A stretch of 46,406 nt of DNA from an uncultured Methanosarcinales archaeon (lineage in GTDB: Archaea > Nanobdellota > Nanobdellia > Woesearchaeales > JACPBV01): the NCBI GenBank assembly GCA_964577685.1, contig CAZNZT010000002.1, positions 62,001 to 108,406 of the forward strand. Direction: 5' to 3'. Of this stretch, positions 35,845 through 45,979 are shown piece after piece. The translations under genes were made by a program, and so were the position numbers. A model generated the notes under the pieces. That model was not told the DNA's origin. It did no database searches and worked only from the letters and a program-made list of their open reading frames with translations. Numbering within the stretch: position 1 is the stretch's first letter; each line of letters begins with the position of its first letter.

Positions 35845-37251
35845 ATGAAAGAAAAGCTCCAACCCATAGGTGATTATGAATGGTTGTTGCCGAAGGCAGT
35901 AAGAAAAGAGATGAGGGTGGCAGGTAAACTCATAGCAAACAAGGCTATATATGATGTTATGGAGGATGGAGCAATTCAACAACTTAGTAATGTATGTTGT
36001 CTTCCTGGCGTTATTGAGCCAGTGTGTGCTCTTCCTGATGCACACTTTGGCTATGGTCTGCCAATGGGTGCTGTAGCAGCTTTTGATATAGAAGAGGGAA
36101 TTATAAGTTCTGGTCTTTGCGGATTTGATATAAATTGTGGTGTTAACTCTATTAGAACAAACTTGTCTTATGGGGAAGTAAAAGACAAGCTAAATGAACT
36201 AATTGATGAGCTATTTAAGGCTATTCCTTGTGGTGTTGGTTCCAAAGGAAGATTGAAGCTAGACCAGAACCAGCTTGACGAGGTTTTAGTTAACGGCTGC
36301 GAGTGGGCTGTTGAAAATGGCTATGGCGTTAAAGAGGATTTAGAAAATACTGAAGAAAATGGAAGAATGGATGGAGCAGATCCATCTAAGGTTTCTGAAT
36401 TAGCAAAGAGAAGGGGGGCTCCACAGCTTGGCACATTAGGAGCAGGAAACCACTTCTTGGAAATTCAGAAGGTAACAAATATCTTTGATGAGCATAAAGC
36501 AAAATCCCTCGGTGTTGTATCTAAAGACCAAGTTTTAATAATGCTTCATTGTGGCTCAAGGGGTTTAGGACACCAAATAGCCACAGATTATCTCAAGATT
36601 CAAGAGAAGGCAGTTAAAAAGTATAATATCTGGCTTCCAGATAAACAACTTGCATGCGCTCCAGCTAAATCACCGGAGGCTCAAGATTATTTTTCAGCAA
36701 TGAAGTGTGCTGTTAATTATTCCTTTACTAATAGGTTAGTAATGACTCAATGGATTAGAGAAACATTTGAGAGGGTTTTTGGTAAAGACTGGGAATCAAT
36801 GGATATGCATACTATTTATGGTATCTGCCACAATGTTGTGAAGTTAGAGGAGCATACATTGAAAGATGGGAAGAGAAAATTGTTCGTGCATCGGAAAGGT
36901 GCTACAAGGAGCTTTCCAGAACAGCCTGTTCTTTTGGCTGGTTCTATGGGGACTGCCTCCTATATACTAAAAGGAACAGAGACTGCAATGCAGAAGACCT
37001 TTGGAAGCTCTGCTCACGGAGCAGGTAGGGCTATGTCAAGGCATGGAGCGTTAAGACAATTTAGAGGCAATGACATAAAAAGGCAATTGGCAGAAAGAGG
37101 AATCATTTCAAAAGCACCAACACCAAAGAGCCTTGCTGAAGAAGCACCTTTAGCATACAAGGATGTTGAAAATGTGGTTGATTCAGTTCATAATTTAGGA
37201 ATATCTTTAAAGGTTATAAGGATGGAACCCGTAGGGGTTTTGAAGGGTTAG
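35845..37251 (+). CDS. rtcB: RtcB tRNA-splicing/RNA ligase
   Basis: LPDAHFGYGLPMG, GFDINCG, GNHFLE, HCGSRG, HN, HRKGAT, HGAGR, EEAPLAYK; start set at ATG 35845. Confidence 0.95.
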   Translation: MKEKLQPIGDYEWLLPKAVRKEMRVAGKLIANKAIYDVMEDGAIQQLSNVCCLPGVIEPVCALPDAHFGYGLPMGAVAAFDIEEGIISSGLCGFDINCGVNSIRTNLSYGEVKDKLNELIDELFKAIPCGVGSKGRLKLDQNQLDEVLVNGCEWAVENGYGVKEDLENTEENGRMDGADPSKVSELAKRRGAPQLGTLGAGNHFLEIQKVTNIFDEHKAKSLGVVSKDQVLIMLHCGSRGLGHQIATDYLKIQEKAVKKYNIWLPDKQLACAPAKSPEAQDYFSAMKCAVNYSFTNRLVMTQWIRETFERVFGKDWESMDMHTIYGICHNVVKLEEHTLKDGKRKLFVHRKGATRSFPEQPVLLAGSMGTASYILKGTETAMQKTFGSSAHGAGRAMSRHGALRQFRGNDIKRQLAERGIISKAPTPKSLAEEAPLAYKDVENVVDSVHNLGISLKVIRMEPVGVLKG

Positions 37252-37886
37252 ATTTCAATTATCTTCCCGCTTTTCCCAACATTAATTACCTTTGTTTTGC
37301 CAATCTTTTCTTCAATACCTTCTGCTTCGTGGACATGCGAACATAAGAGCAAATCAGGTTTAAATCTCTCAATCGCTCTCCTAACACCATCTGAACCAGG
37401 AAATATGTTAGTAAACTTCTCCATTTTTGTCCCACTTGGATGTACATGTGTTACCATAATCTTTTTTCTTAGGTATCTTATTTTATCATAACCCCTCTTT
37501 AGTAAATCATAAATCTCCTTCTCATCTAGCTGGAATAAACCAATGTTAGCCCCTCCTGCCCCGAATATACCAACATCTTTGTACTTAACAGAGTACCCAT
37601 GAATGTTTCTCATTCCATACAATTCAGCCAGAAAATCAGCAGTAGCAACTGTTTCATGATTGCCAGGTATAAGCAATACTTTTTCATTTCTTTTCTTAAA
37701 AGGGCCTATTATGTTTTCAGTAGATTTTTCTCCTAATGTTAGGTCCCCACATAATACCACTAAGTCAACATTTTCCTTTTTTGCCTTTTCAGCTAACCTC
37801 TCAGCAAGGCCAGTGTCGCCGTGTATATCCCCGGCTGCCAATATCTTTAGTTTTTCTCTTTTTCTTTTTTTGTTTTCTTTTGTCAT
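37248..37886 (-). CDS. Calcineurin-like metallophosphoesterase
   Basis: GDIHG, CGDL, PGNHE, THVHP, SHVHE. Confidence 0.9.
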   Translation of the reverse strand: MTKENKKRKREKLKILAAGDIHGDTGLAERLAEKAKKENVDLVVLCGDLTLGEKSTENIIGPFKKRNEKVLLIPGNHETVATADFLAELYGMRNIHGYSVKYKDVGIFGAGGANIGLFQLDEKEIYDLLKRGYDKIRYLRKKIMVTHVHPSGTKMEKFTNIFPGSDGVRRAIERFKPDLLLCSHVHEAEGIEEKIGKTKVINVGKSGKIIEI

Positions 37887-37993
37887 AAATCTTTTAAGTA
37901 TTGTTTTATTTAAAAATCTTCCTAATTTTTTATTTTTTTATTGTTCCCCAACCATAGAAAAATTAAAATAAAAACACTCCATTTTATCTTACA

Positions 37994-39445
37994 ATGAACA
38001 AAAAATTCATAAGAATAACTTTGAGATTGTCTCTGTTATTACTAATCCTACTCTTTATAGCCTTATTGAACATAGTTCCACATTTTGGTTATAAATATCC
38101 CTTGCATATTGATGAATGGCGCCATCTTGCACTTGCTAGAGACATGATTCATAATGATAATATATATAAGTATAATTTAGAGAAAGGCTTTACCTATTTT
38201 TTGTTTTTTCTTGACAAATCTGGTGTAGATTTACTTTTCTCTTATAGATATCTTCCAATAGTGTTTGTTATTCTTACTTCAGTTTTATTGTTCCTTACCC
38301 TTTATGCTTTAACAAAGAAATATTATATAGCACTTCTTGCTGTTATCTTTTTTGCTTCATTGAAAAGCAATGTTAATATTCTAGGTCCTTGGTTTTTTAC
38401 ACCTTTATCTTTTTGTTTTCCTTTTATATATCTCTTCTTCCTTTTTTTTGTGTTAGGAATAGAAAAAAAGAGCATTAAACTTCTTATTGTGTCTGTTTTG
38501 GATTATATATTCATACTCTTTGTTCATCCAGTTTCTGCCACATTCATATTTCCAATAATCCTAATCTATGTGCTCATTCATTATAAAGTATATATTAAGA
38601 ACAGATTTGTTTTGGGCTTGCTAATGCTGATTCCTGTAATATCATTTTTAATCTTTCTGGATATACTTTGGAAAGGCAATCTAAAAAGAACATTATTTTT
38701 TATAATAAAATTCATAACCTTTGAAAAGGGGTGGGGTGTTTATGAAAAACTTTATTCTGTCCCATCCTTTTATACTTATACATCTACATTCTTTGCTTTT
38801 ATTGGTTCATTTTTTGCAATAAAAAATAGAAAAACGAGAATCTTTGTTATTTGGGTCTTAGTAACATTGTTTGGTTTATGGTTCTTTCATAGGAAAGGAT
38901 TCAGTTTTCTGGTTCCTTATCAAAGGATGTTTTATTACACCTTGCTTGGCCTAGTGCCTTTAAGTGCAATTGGATTTTATTATTCTCTCAGATTTATCTC
39001 TAATACTATAAAGAGAAATCTTAATTTCAGCTATAAAAAAGCCATATCTCTTGTTGTGTTTTCTTTAATTTCTATATTTACTTTCTATAGCATATTTAAT
39101 AATTACTTCACAATACCAGAAGATATTAAGCTATACAAACTAATAGATGATTATGACTATAAAGCATTAAAATTTCTAGAAAAACAAGGGAAGGGTAAGG
39201 TTTTGGCTTTACCAGAAATAGCTACTACTGTTTATCCCATAAGTGGCAAGAGGGCTTTGGCAACACTTCGCTTTGAAGGCACAGACTCACTTAGAAATGA
39301 AATAAGGGACTTTTATAAGCTTGACTGTGAAAAAAAGAAAAGGTTTATAAAAAGATTCAAGATAAAGTATGTATATAGCCATAAGCCGATAGATTGTAAT
39401 TGGGACTTGATATATAGCAATAAAAGATATATATACAAGGTTTGA
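37994..39445 (+). CDS. Multi-TM protein, GT-C-like glycosyltransferase candidate
   Basis: First-loop PLHIDEWRH acidic motif, about 11-12 TMs, soluble C-terminal domain. Confidence 0.6.
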   Translation: MNKKFIRITLRLSLLLLILLFIALLNIVPHFGYKYPLHIDEWRHLALARDMIHNDNIYKYNLEKGFTYFLFFLDKSGVDLLFSYRYLPIVFVILTSVLLFLTLYALTKKYYIALLAVIFFASLKSNVNILGPWFFTPLSFCFPFIYLFFLFFVLGIEKKSIKLLIVSVLDYIFILFVHPVSATFIFPIILIYVLIHYKVYIKNRFVLGLLMLIPVISFLIFLDILWKGNLKRTLFFIIKFITFEKGWGVYEKLYSVPSFYTYTSTFFAFIGSFFAIKNRKTRIFVIWVLVTLFGLWFFHRKGFSFLVPYQRMFYYTLLGLVPLSAIGFYYSLRFISNTIKRNLNFSYKKAISLVVFSLISIFTFYSIFNNYFTIPEDIKLYKLIDDYDYKALKFLEKQGKGKVLALPEIATTVYPISGKRALATLRFEGTDSLRNEIRDFYKLDCEKKKRFIKRFKIKYVYSHKPIDCNWDLIYSNKRYIYKV

Positions 39446-39464
39446 CTTTACTAATATTAACAAA

Positions 39465-39683
39465 ATGTCAAAAAAGATAATCCTGTTTTTTTTAAGTCTC
39501 GTCCTATTATACAATGTCCTTGCTTATATTGACCCTGGAACAGGTGGTATGATTATTGGTGGAAGCATATTACCCACAATACTGGCTATATTGGCAGCGA
39601 TTGGAGGTTTTTTTGTAAGGTTCCTACTTAGGCCAACTAAGAATCTTGTGTTATTAATATGGAAAAGGATAAGAAAACATTGA
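39465..39683 (+). CDS. Small membrane protein with AYIDPGTG motif
   Basis: Signal-like N-terminus, then AYIDPGTGG and a TM segment. Confidence 0.75.
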   Translation: MSKKIILFFLSLVLLYNVLAYIDPGTGGMIIGGSILPTILAILAAIGGFFVRFLLRPTKNLVLLIWKRIRKH

Positions 39684-41593
39684 TAAAGGTATTGTTGCCT
39701 ACCTTTGTTATTATTTTTATTATTTTATTGCTTCCTACTGGGCTGCAAAATGAAAAAATGCTCAAAATGAAATATAAAAAGGTTCTCGTTATAGGAATTG
39801 ATGGCATGGACCCAAAAATAGCTAGTAAGCTAATGGCAGAGGGGAAACTTCCAAATTTTAAAAGGCTTGCAGATACAGGCACATTCGTCAACCTTAACAC
39901 ATCCTACCCCCCACATAGTCCAGTTGCATGGACATCTATCGCTACCGGAAAGAACCCCGGGAAACACAATATCTTTGATTTTATTAGGAGAAATCCAATG
40001 AATTATATGCCAGAACTTTCCATTCTAGATAACTCTAAAGGTGATTATGAATTCTTAATAAAAGCGGACCCATTTTGGCGTATTACCTCAAGCAAAGGAA
40101 TTCCAACGACAGTAATAAGATGGCCATTAAGCTTTCCTCCAGAGAGGATTAAGGGGAATATGTTATCAGGTTTGGGCGTTCCTGATATAAAAGGCTTTTT
40201 AAGTGGTTATACATATTATACATCAAAGAATGTAGAAAAGCCCAGTAAGGATTCAAATAAGGTAATTCATGTTACTATAAACAATGGCCTAATCGAAACC
40301 AAAATATATGGTCCAAGAACAAGAAGAGAAGGCAACATAGTAGAAATAGGTCTTCCTGTTAGGATAAGAATAAACAATAATAGCATAGTCCTTACCATAA
40401 ATGGAAAAGACTATAATGTATCTGTGAATAGTTGGAGTGATTGGATAAGGGTAAAGTTTAAGATTGACACATTTAAGAGTGTTTATGGGACATTCAAGGC
40501 TTACCTTAAAAATATAAATCCTTTTGAACTTTACCTTACAACAATACAGATAGACCCAGAGAATCCAGTTGTTGATATTTCTTTTCCAGCACAATATTCT
40601 AGGGAGCTAGCAAGCAGGATAGGGCTATATTATACCCTCGGAATGCCAGAAGAAACCAGTGGTTATGTTGATGGAGTTCTTGATGATAAAGCATTTCTAG
40701 AGCAAATAGCAGACATTGAGGAAGAGAGGGACAGGATGTTCTGGAATGAATTTGAGAAATTTAGAAAACTTGATAAAGCCCTATTCGCATTTGTTTATGA
40801 TTCCTCAGATAGACTACAACATGTAATGTGGGAAGAAAAGATACTTGAGGATAATAGTGAAGACCTCTCCCTAAATAAATCAGTGATAGAATACTTTATC
40901 AAAAAAGATAAATTTATTGGGAGTGTTATGGACGAGCTTGATAATAATACACTCTTAATTATTGTTTCTGACCATGGCTTTACTTCATTTGAGAGAGCAG
41001 TAAGTATAAATACTTGGCTCGTTAAGAATGGGTTTATGCAACTTACAAAAAATCTAAGTCAGCTAAATGAAAATGATAGTGGTGAACTATTTAAATATGT
41101 GGACTGGAAAAAAACAAAAGCATATTCCCTAGGTTTTAATAGCATCTATATAAATCTGAAAGGAAGGGAAAGCGAAGGAATAGTTGATGAAAGTGAATAT
41201 GATGAGCTTATAAATGAAATTATAGAAAAACTAGAGAATCTTACAGATGAAGAAACAGGAAAAAGACCAATAAACAAGGCATATAGAAGAGATGAAATCT
41301 ATACGGGACCATATGTTGGGAATGCACCAGATATCGTAATAGGATTTAATCCTGGTTATAGAATGTCTTGGCAAACAGCTGTTGGTGGCTTAACAAGGTA
41401 TGCTTTGTTTAAAAACACAAAGAAATGGGATGGTGACCATCTGGTAGATCCAAAATTTGTTCCAGGTGTTTTGTTCTCTAATGTTAAGATAAACAAAAAA
41501 TCAGCATTGCAGCTGGATATAGCACCTACAATACTTGATGCACTAAACATTGAAATACCTAGTGAAATAGATGGCAAGAGTTTGTTAAGATGA
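39659..41593 (+). CDS. Alkaline phosphatase superfamily phosphodiesterase/transferase, membrane-anchored
   Basis: IGIDG, SPVAWTSIATGKNPGKH, DRLQH, SDHGF, GDH, DIAPT. Confidence 0.88.
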   Translation: MEKDKKTLIKVLLPTFVIIFIILLLPTGLQNEKMLKMKYKKVLVIGIDGMDPKIASKLMAEGKLPNFKRLADTGTFVNLNTSYPPHSPVAWTSIATGKNPGKHNIFDFIRRNPMNYMPELSILDNSKGDYEFLIKADPFWRITSSKGIPTTVIRWPLSFPPERIKGNMLSGLGVPDIKGFLSGYTYYTSKNVEKPSKDSNKVIHVTINNGLIETKIYGPRTRREGNIVEIGLPVRIRINNNSIVLTINGKDYNVSVNSWSDWIRVKFKIDTFKSVYGTFKAYLKNINPFELYLTTIQIDPENPVVDISFPAQYSRELASRIGLYYTLGMPEETSGYVDGVLDDKAFLEQIADIEEERDRMFWNEFEKFRKLDKALFAFVYDSSDRLQHVMWEEKILEDNSEDLSLNKSVIEYFIKKDKFIGSVMDELDNNTLLIIVSDHGFTSFERAVSINTWLVKNGFMQLTKNLSQLNENDSGELFKYVDWKKTKAYSLGFNSIYINLKGRESEGIVDESEYDELINEIIEKLENLTDEETGKRPINKAYRRDEIYTGPYVGNAPDIVIGFNPGYRMSWQTAVGGLTRYALFKNTKKWDGDHLVDPKFVPGVLFSNVKINKKSALQLDIAPTILDALNIEIPSEIDGKSLLR

Positions 41594-41664
41594 GAATCTC
41601 TTTTTTTTCTCTCTTAAATCTTGGCAAAGAAATATTAAAACAGCTAGATTTTTGAGCTATTAAA

Positions 41665-42795
41665 ATGAAAATCCCAGAGGTAAGCATAATCTTACCATGT
41701 CTGAATGAGGAGCAGGCTATTGGTACTTGTATTGATGAGATAAAAAGAATCTTAAAAGAAAGGAATCTTAATGCTGAAATCATAGTTGTAGATAACGGCT
41801 CTAAAGACAGAAGCGTGGATATTACAAGAAGAAAGGGTGCAAAGGTTTTTTTTGAACCAAGAAGGGGGTATGGAGCAGCTTGCTTAAAAGGATTTAATGT
41901 TGCGAATGGCAAGTATCTTCTTTTGGTAGATGCAGATTGTAGTTATGATTTTAGTTATATCCCAAGATTTATAAGCCAACTGAAGAGGGGATACGAACTT
42001 GTTATTGGAAACAGATTTAAAGGTAAGATTGAAAGTGGCTCTATGCCATTACTACATCGGTATCTTGGGAATCCATTGCTTTCATTAGTTTTAAGAGTTT
42101 TTTTTAAATCAAAGGTAGGTGATGCACATTGTGGTATGAGGGCTATAAGAAAATCAGCATTAAAAAAATTAGACTTAAGGGCAACTGGTATGGAGTTTGC
42201 GTCTGAGATGGTCATCCTTGCTACCAAGAACAATTTAAAGATAAAAGAGATTCCGATAGATTACTATAAAAGAAGAGGGAACTCAAAACTTAAAACATTT
42301 TCGGATGGGTGGCGTCATTTGAGGTTTATGTTGCTCTATAGCCCCTTCTTTCTTTTTTTTATCCCTGGTCTCATAATTTTTTTATTAGGCTTTTTTACTC
42401 TATTGCTTCTTTATTTTTTTAAAATTAGGGTTTTTGGTTTGTATTTCTATTACCATCCAATGTTTTTTTCGGCTTCTTTTGTTATTGTTGGGTATCAGCT
42501 GATTGTTTTTGCCTTATTTGCTAAAACCTATGCTTTAACACACCTTGGAGATGACAAAAAATTTGAAAAAATTTATAAATACATCACACTTGAGAGAACA
42601 CTCCTGTTTGGCTTTTTGCTGTTTTTAGCAGGAACCCTAATGTTTTTTTACCTGATTGTAAAATGGTTGAAATCAGGATTTGGAGCTTTAAGTGAAATAA
42701 AGAATTCAATCATAGCTTTAACATTGCTCTTGCTAGGTATCCAAACAATATTTTCATCATTTATGTTAAGCATTTTAGGAATTAAAAGAAAATGA
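41665..42795 (+). CDS. GT2 glycosyltransferase (Dol-P-sugar synthase-like) with C-terminal TMs
   Basis: PCLNEE, VDNGSKD, GYG, DADCSY, GMEFASEM, DGWRHL. Confidence 0.92.
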   Translation: MKIPEVSIILPCLNEEQAIGTCIDEIKRILKERNLNAEIIVVDNGSKDRSVDITRRKGAKVFFEPRRGYGAACLKGFNVANGKYLLLVDADCSYDFSYIPRFISQLKRGYELVIGNRFKGKIESGSMPLLHRYLGNPLLSLVLRVFFKSKVGDAHCGMRAIRKSALKKLDLRATGMEFASEMVILATKNNLKIKEIPIDYYKRRGNSKLKTFSDGWRHLRFMLLYSPFFLFFIPGLIIFLLGFFTLLLLYFFKIRVFGLYFYYHPMFFSASFVIVGYQLIVFALFAKTYALTHLGDDKKFEKIYKYITLERTLLFGFLLFLAGTLMFFYLIVKWLKSGFGALSEIKNSIIALTLLLLGIQTIFSSFMLSILGIKRK

Positions 42796-44582
42796 ACATC
42801 AATATTTTGATTGAGATATTTACTACATTTTTAGCTCTCTTGTCTGGGTTTTTGTTAAGCTATATCATTTTCCCTAGAAGGGATATTATAGAGAGGCTTG
42901 TTTATTCCCTATCATTTTTTATATCTATCTCCATAATAGCTAGTGTTATCTTATATTTCTTAGGTCTGTTAAAAGAACCTTATATTCTATTTTCTTTTGT
43001 CTTCCTTAACCTACTTTTTTCTTTTATAATATCTTTAAATTCAAAGAAATTGAAATTCAAAACAACCTATAATAAGGATGTCTTATTTATCTTGCTCTTC
43101 TCCACAATTGGGGCTATTTGGAAAGCGTTATTTTTTAAATCAATAAAGAATTTCTCGGATCCATATGGATATTCCTTTAAATTTATATCACAAAATATTC
43201 CAGATTTAGGTTTCTATACAGGAATGGCTAGGGACAAAGCAGCATATATCGGACTAAAAACAACAGAGGAAGTACTTTCCCCCCATATATTCAACAATTG
43301 GATAAATTCTTTTCTAATAACCTTTATCTTCCTATGTTTTGTTTATCTTGTCTTTAGGGAATATAGGAATAGAAAGCTTGCATATATCGGAGTGGCTCTT
43401 ATGTCAATAGGTCCTATTGAGTTATTTCATATGTTAAATTCCATCTATGGTCATTCTCTTGCTTACATCTCTATCTTCCCATTGTTTTTATTTTTTAAGA
43501 AGAAAAACAACAAAATCTTTTGGCTTGCTCTTATCTTCTCTCTAGCTATGATGCCTATTTATTATACAGCAGTTGTTGTCTTGGTTCTGTTATCCTTTGG
43601 TTTTGTTTTATCATTATTTATCAAAAGATTAATCGAAACAAAAACTCTAGGTTTAATCAGGTTTATTAAAAACAAGAAGGTAATTGGTTTTCTTGTAATA
43701 CTAATAATCTTAAGTCTTTATGTTTGTTTTTTCTCTAATATGTTTAAATTTACATATGGTAAGGCAAAGGACACATCCGGAATAACCGATTCAGTTGATA
43801 TAATTAAAGAGCCCATAAATAAGGTTTCTCCAATCTTGAAAATCCATAAAAAAGAAACACTAAGATATGAGAACCCCACATTCTTGCTTTTATCTGCTAT
43901 AAGATGGCAGGCTCTTTTCTTCTTTTTATGTTTTCTAACTTTTGTTTTTTATCTTATAAAAAAGAGAAAACTTAACAAAGAAAGCAAAGATTTACTTTTA
44001 TGTCTTATTCCTATATCTCTTGTTTCTTATGGTTTTTTTCATATTAATTTACCAGCTAGAATCTTTGATTATTTTTCATTTTTTTTCCTAATGTGTTTAA
44101 AAATAAGAAAAGCTCATCTCAAATATTTTTTTATCTTTTCTTTTATATTCATCATTATAACAGGCTTATATACCGCAAGGGATAAAAAAATCTTCTTTGA
44201 AGTTTCTGATGGAGAAATTGAAGCTGCAAGATGGGTTGCTAGCAACCTAAATGCAAGAGTTTTTTCTGACCAGGTATTTGTGAACCAACTTATATTGGCA
44301 AGGTATTATAATGTTACAGGGGCAGACGACAAAAGCCAGATTGTAATAAGTTTGTTCTATAGTGAAAATGAATCTAACTTTATGGAAGCGATTAAATTTC
44401 TAAATCGGAGTAATGTAAGGTACATAGCAATAACAAAGAGGATGCTTGAGAAATATGTCCTCATGGTAAATATAGCTCAAAAACCAGTTAAGAATCTAAG
44501 ATTTTACAATAAATATTTAAATAAGATTTATGATAATTCTGATACTAGGATATATAGCATTATAACACAAACCAAAAAATGA
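42792..44582 (+). CDS. Multi-TM protein, GT-C-like candidate
   Basis: More than 12 TMs, C-terminal EIEAARWV..NL and KIYDN pattern; glycan-locus context. Confidence 0.55.
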   Translation: MNINILIEIFTTFLALLSGFLLSYIIFPRRDIIERLVYSLSFFISISIIASVILYFLGLLKEPYILFSFVFLNLLFSFIISLNSKKLKFKTTYNKDVLFILLFSTIGAIWKALFFKSIKNFSDPYGYSFKFISQNIPDLGFYTGMARDKAAYIGLKTTEEVLSPHIFNNWINSFLITFIFLCFVYLVFREYRNRKLAYIGVALMSIGPIELFHMLNSIYGHSLAYISIFPLFLFFKKKNNKIFWLALIFSLAMMPIYYTAVVVLVLLSFGFVLSLFIKRLIETKTLGLIRFIKNKKVIGFLVILIILSLYVCFFSNMFKFTYGKAKDTSGITDSVDIIKEPINKVSPILKIHKKETLRYENPTFLLLSAIRWQALFFFLCFLTFVFYLIKKRKLNKESKDLLLCLIPISLVSYGFFHINLPARIFDYFSFFFLMCLKIRKAHLKYFFIFSFIFIIITGLYTARDKKIFFEVSDGEIEAARWVASNLNARVFSDQVFVNQLILARYYNVTGADDKSQIVISLFYSENESNFMEAIKFLNRSNVRYIAITKRMLEKYVLMVNIAQKPVKNLRFYNKYLNKIYDNSDTRIYSIITQTKK

Positions 44583-45979
44583 AAACCAACAAAAAAAGTA
44601 AATACTTGAGAAAAAGATTTTCCTTTATTATAACCTTATTTATTGTCATCTTTGTTGTTTTCATTTATATAATAGGGAAAAACCCTATAAAAACTACTAA
44701 GATCAGAGAAAATAGTTATTCTGGGTTTAATGTTATTCTTATAATAATAGACACACTAAGAGCAGACCATCTTGGTTGTTATGGCTATTCTAGGAGCATA
44801 AGCCCGAATATAGACCTTCTAGCTAAGAAATCTTTTATCTTCTATAATACCTATAGTGCATCATCATGGACAAGAAGTGCTATCGCATCTATTGTAAGCT
44901 CAAAGTTACCGACCGAACATAAGATTACATCAGAAAATAAAAAAGAAATTCTAAGGAAAGAGTTTTTTACAATACAAGAATTTTTTAACCAAATGAATTA
45001 CACAACAGCAGCGTTTTATACAAATCCTCATCTGAACTTTGGCGTAACCCAGAACTTTAGTTATAAATACTTTAAGGGTAATGAGGAGTCAAATCTTGTT
45101 TATGATAAAGTAATTAGCTGGTTGGATAATAACTCTAACAATAACTTTTTTTTATTAGTTCATAATATGGACCCACATGACCCTTATGATTTTCATCCTG
45201 GTTTCAGCTCTACACCTAAGCGTTCAAGATACCGTACCCTTGGTAGGTTTTTCTCAGTAAGGAAAAATGGAGCAGGATCTACTTGTGAGAATCCTGGTAA
45301 GATAATAATCCTAAATAAAACTCAACTTGCAGAGATGATTGCAAACTATGATGGAGAGATTAAATTTCTTGACTATAACCTTGGCAGGTTTTTTGATTAT
45401 CTAAGAAGAAAATCTCTTTTGGATAATACAATTATCATCTTCACATCAGACCATGGTGAGGAGTTCTTAGAACATGGAGGTTATTGGCATGGTTGTACTC
45501 TTTATAATGAGCTAATACATGTTCCATTAATGATATATATCCCTCATGTTAGAGGGAGAAAAGTTATGGAGCGGGTAAGCACGATAGATATATTTCCAAC
45601 ACTAATTTCTTTGTTTGATAATAAATCCCTAAGCGAATATAATCTTAGTGGCGTAAGCTTGTTACCCTTAATGAACAATGAACCATTTAAGGAAAAGGAG
45701 ATTTTTAGTGCAACAGCCTTTAGAGGTGCTTTAAAGTATTCTGTGATAAGAGGGGATTACAAATTAATAACTTATGCAAATGGAACAATCATTGGCTTTT
45801 ACAATATAAAAGAAGACAAAAAGGAATCTAAAAATTTAGCAAATGTTAATTCAGACCTTCTTGATTTAATAAACCACATCCAAAAAACAACAAAAATTGA
45901 GAACAAAAAAAATTTTAAAACAAAAAATATTGATAAAGAAACACTTAAGCAACTAAAATCCTTAGGTTATTTAACATAA
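44579..45979 (+). CDS. Sulfatase-like hydrolase/transferase, membrane-anchored
   Basis: IDTLRADHL, SSWT, DPHDPY, YDGEI, TSDHGEEF, HVPL, C-terminal LKSLGYL. Confidence 0.9.
   Translation: MKTNKKSKYLRKRFSFIITLFIVIFVVFIYIIGKNPIKTTKIRENSYSGFNVILIIIDTLRADHLGCYGYSRSISPNIDLLAKKSFIFYNTYSASSWTRSAIASIVSSKLPTEHKITSENKKEILRKEFFTIQEFFNQMNYTTAAFYTNPHLNFGVTQNFSYKYFKGNEESNLVYDKVISWLDNNSNNNFFLLVHNMDPHDPYDFHPGFSSTPKRSRYRTLGRFFSVRKNGAGSTCENPGKIIILNKTQLAEMIANYDGEIKFLDYNLGRFFDYLRRKSLLDNTIIIFTSDHGEEFLEHGGYWHGCTLYNELIHVPLMIYIPHVRGRKVMERVSTIDIFPTLISLFDNKSLSEYNLSGVSLLPLMNNEPFKEKEIFSATAFRGALKYSVIRGDYKLITYANGTIIGFYNIKEDKKESKNLANVNSDLLDLINHIQKTTKIENKKNFKTKNIDKETLKQLKSLGYLT

Noticed and set aside
5684..42233. Numerous 60-135 aa ORFs overlapping recognised genes (e.g. 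5684, 5942, 9019, 12129, 14710, 20199, 28300-28673, 29932, 35257, 40289)
   Set aside because: Antisense or alternate-frame shadows with S/F/L/I-rich composition and no motifs.
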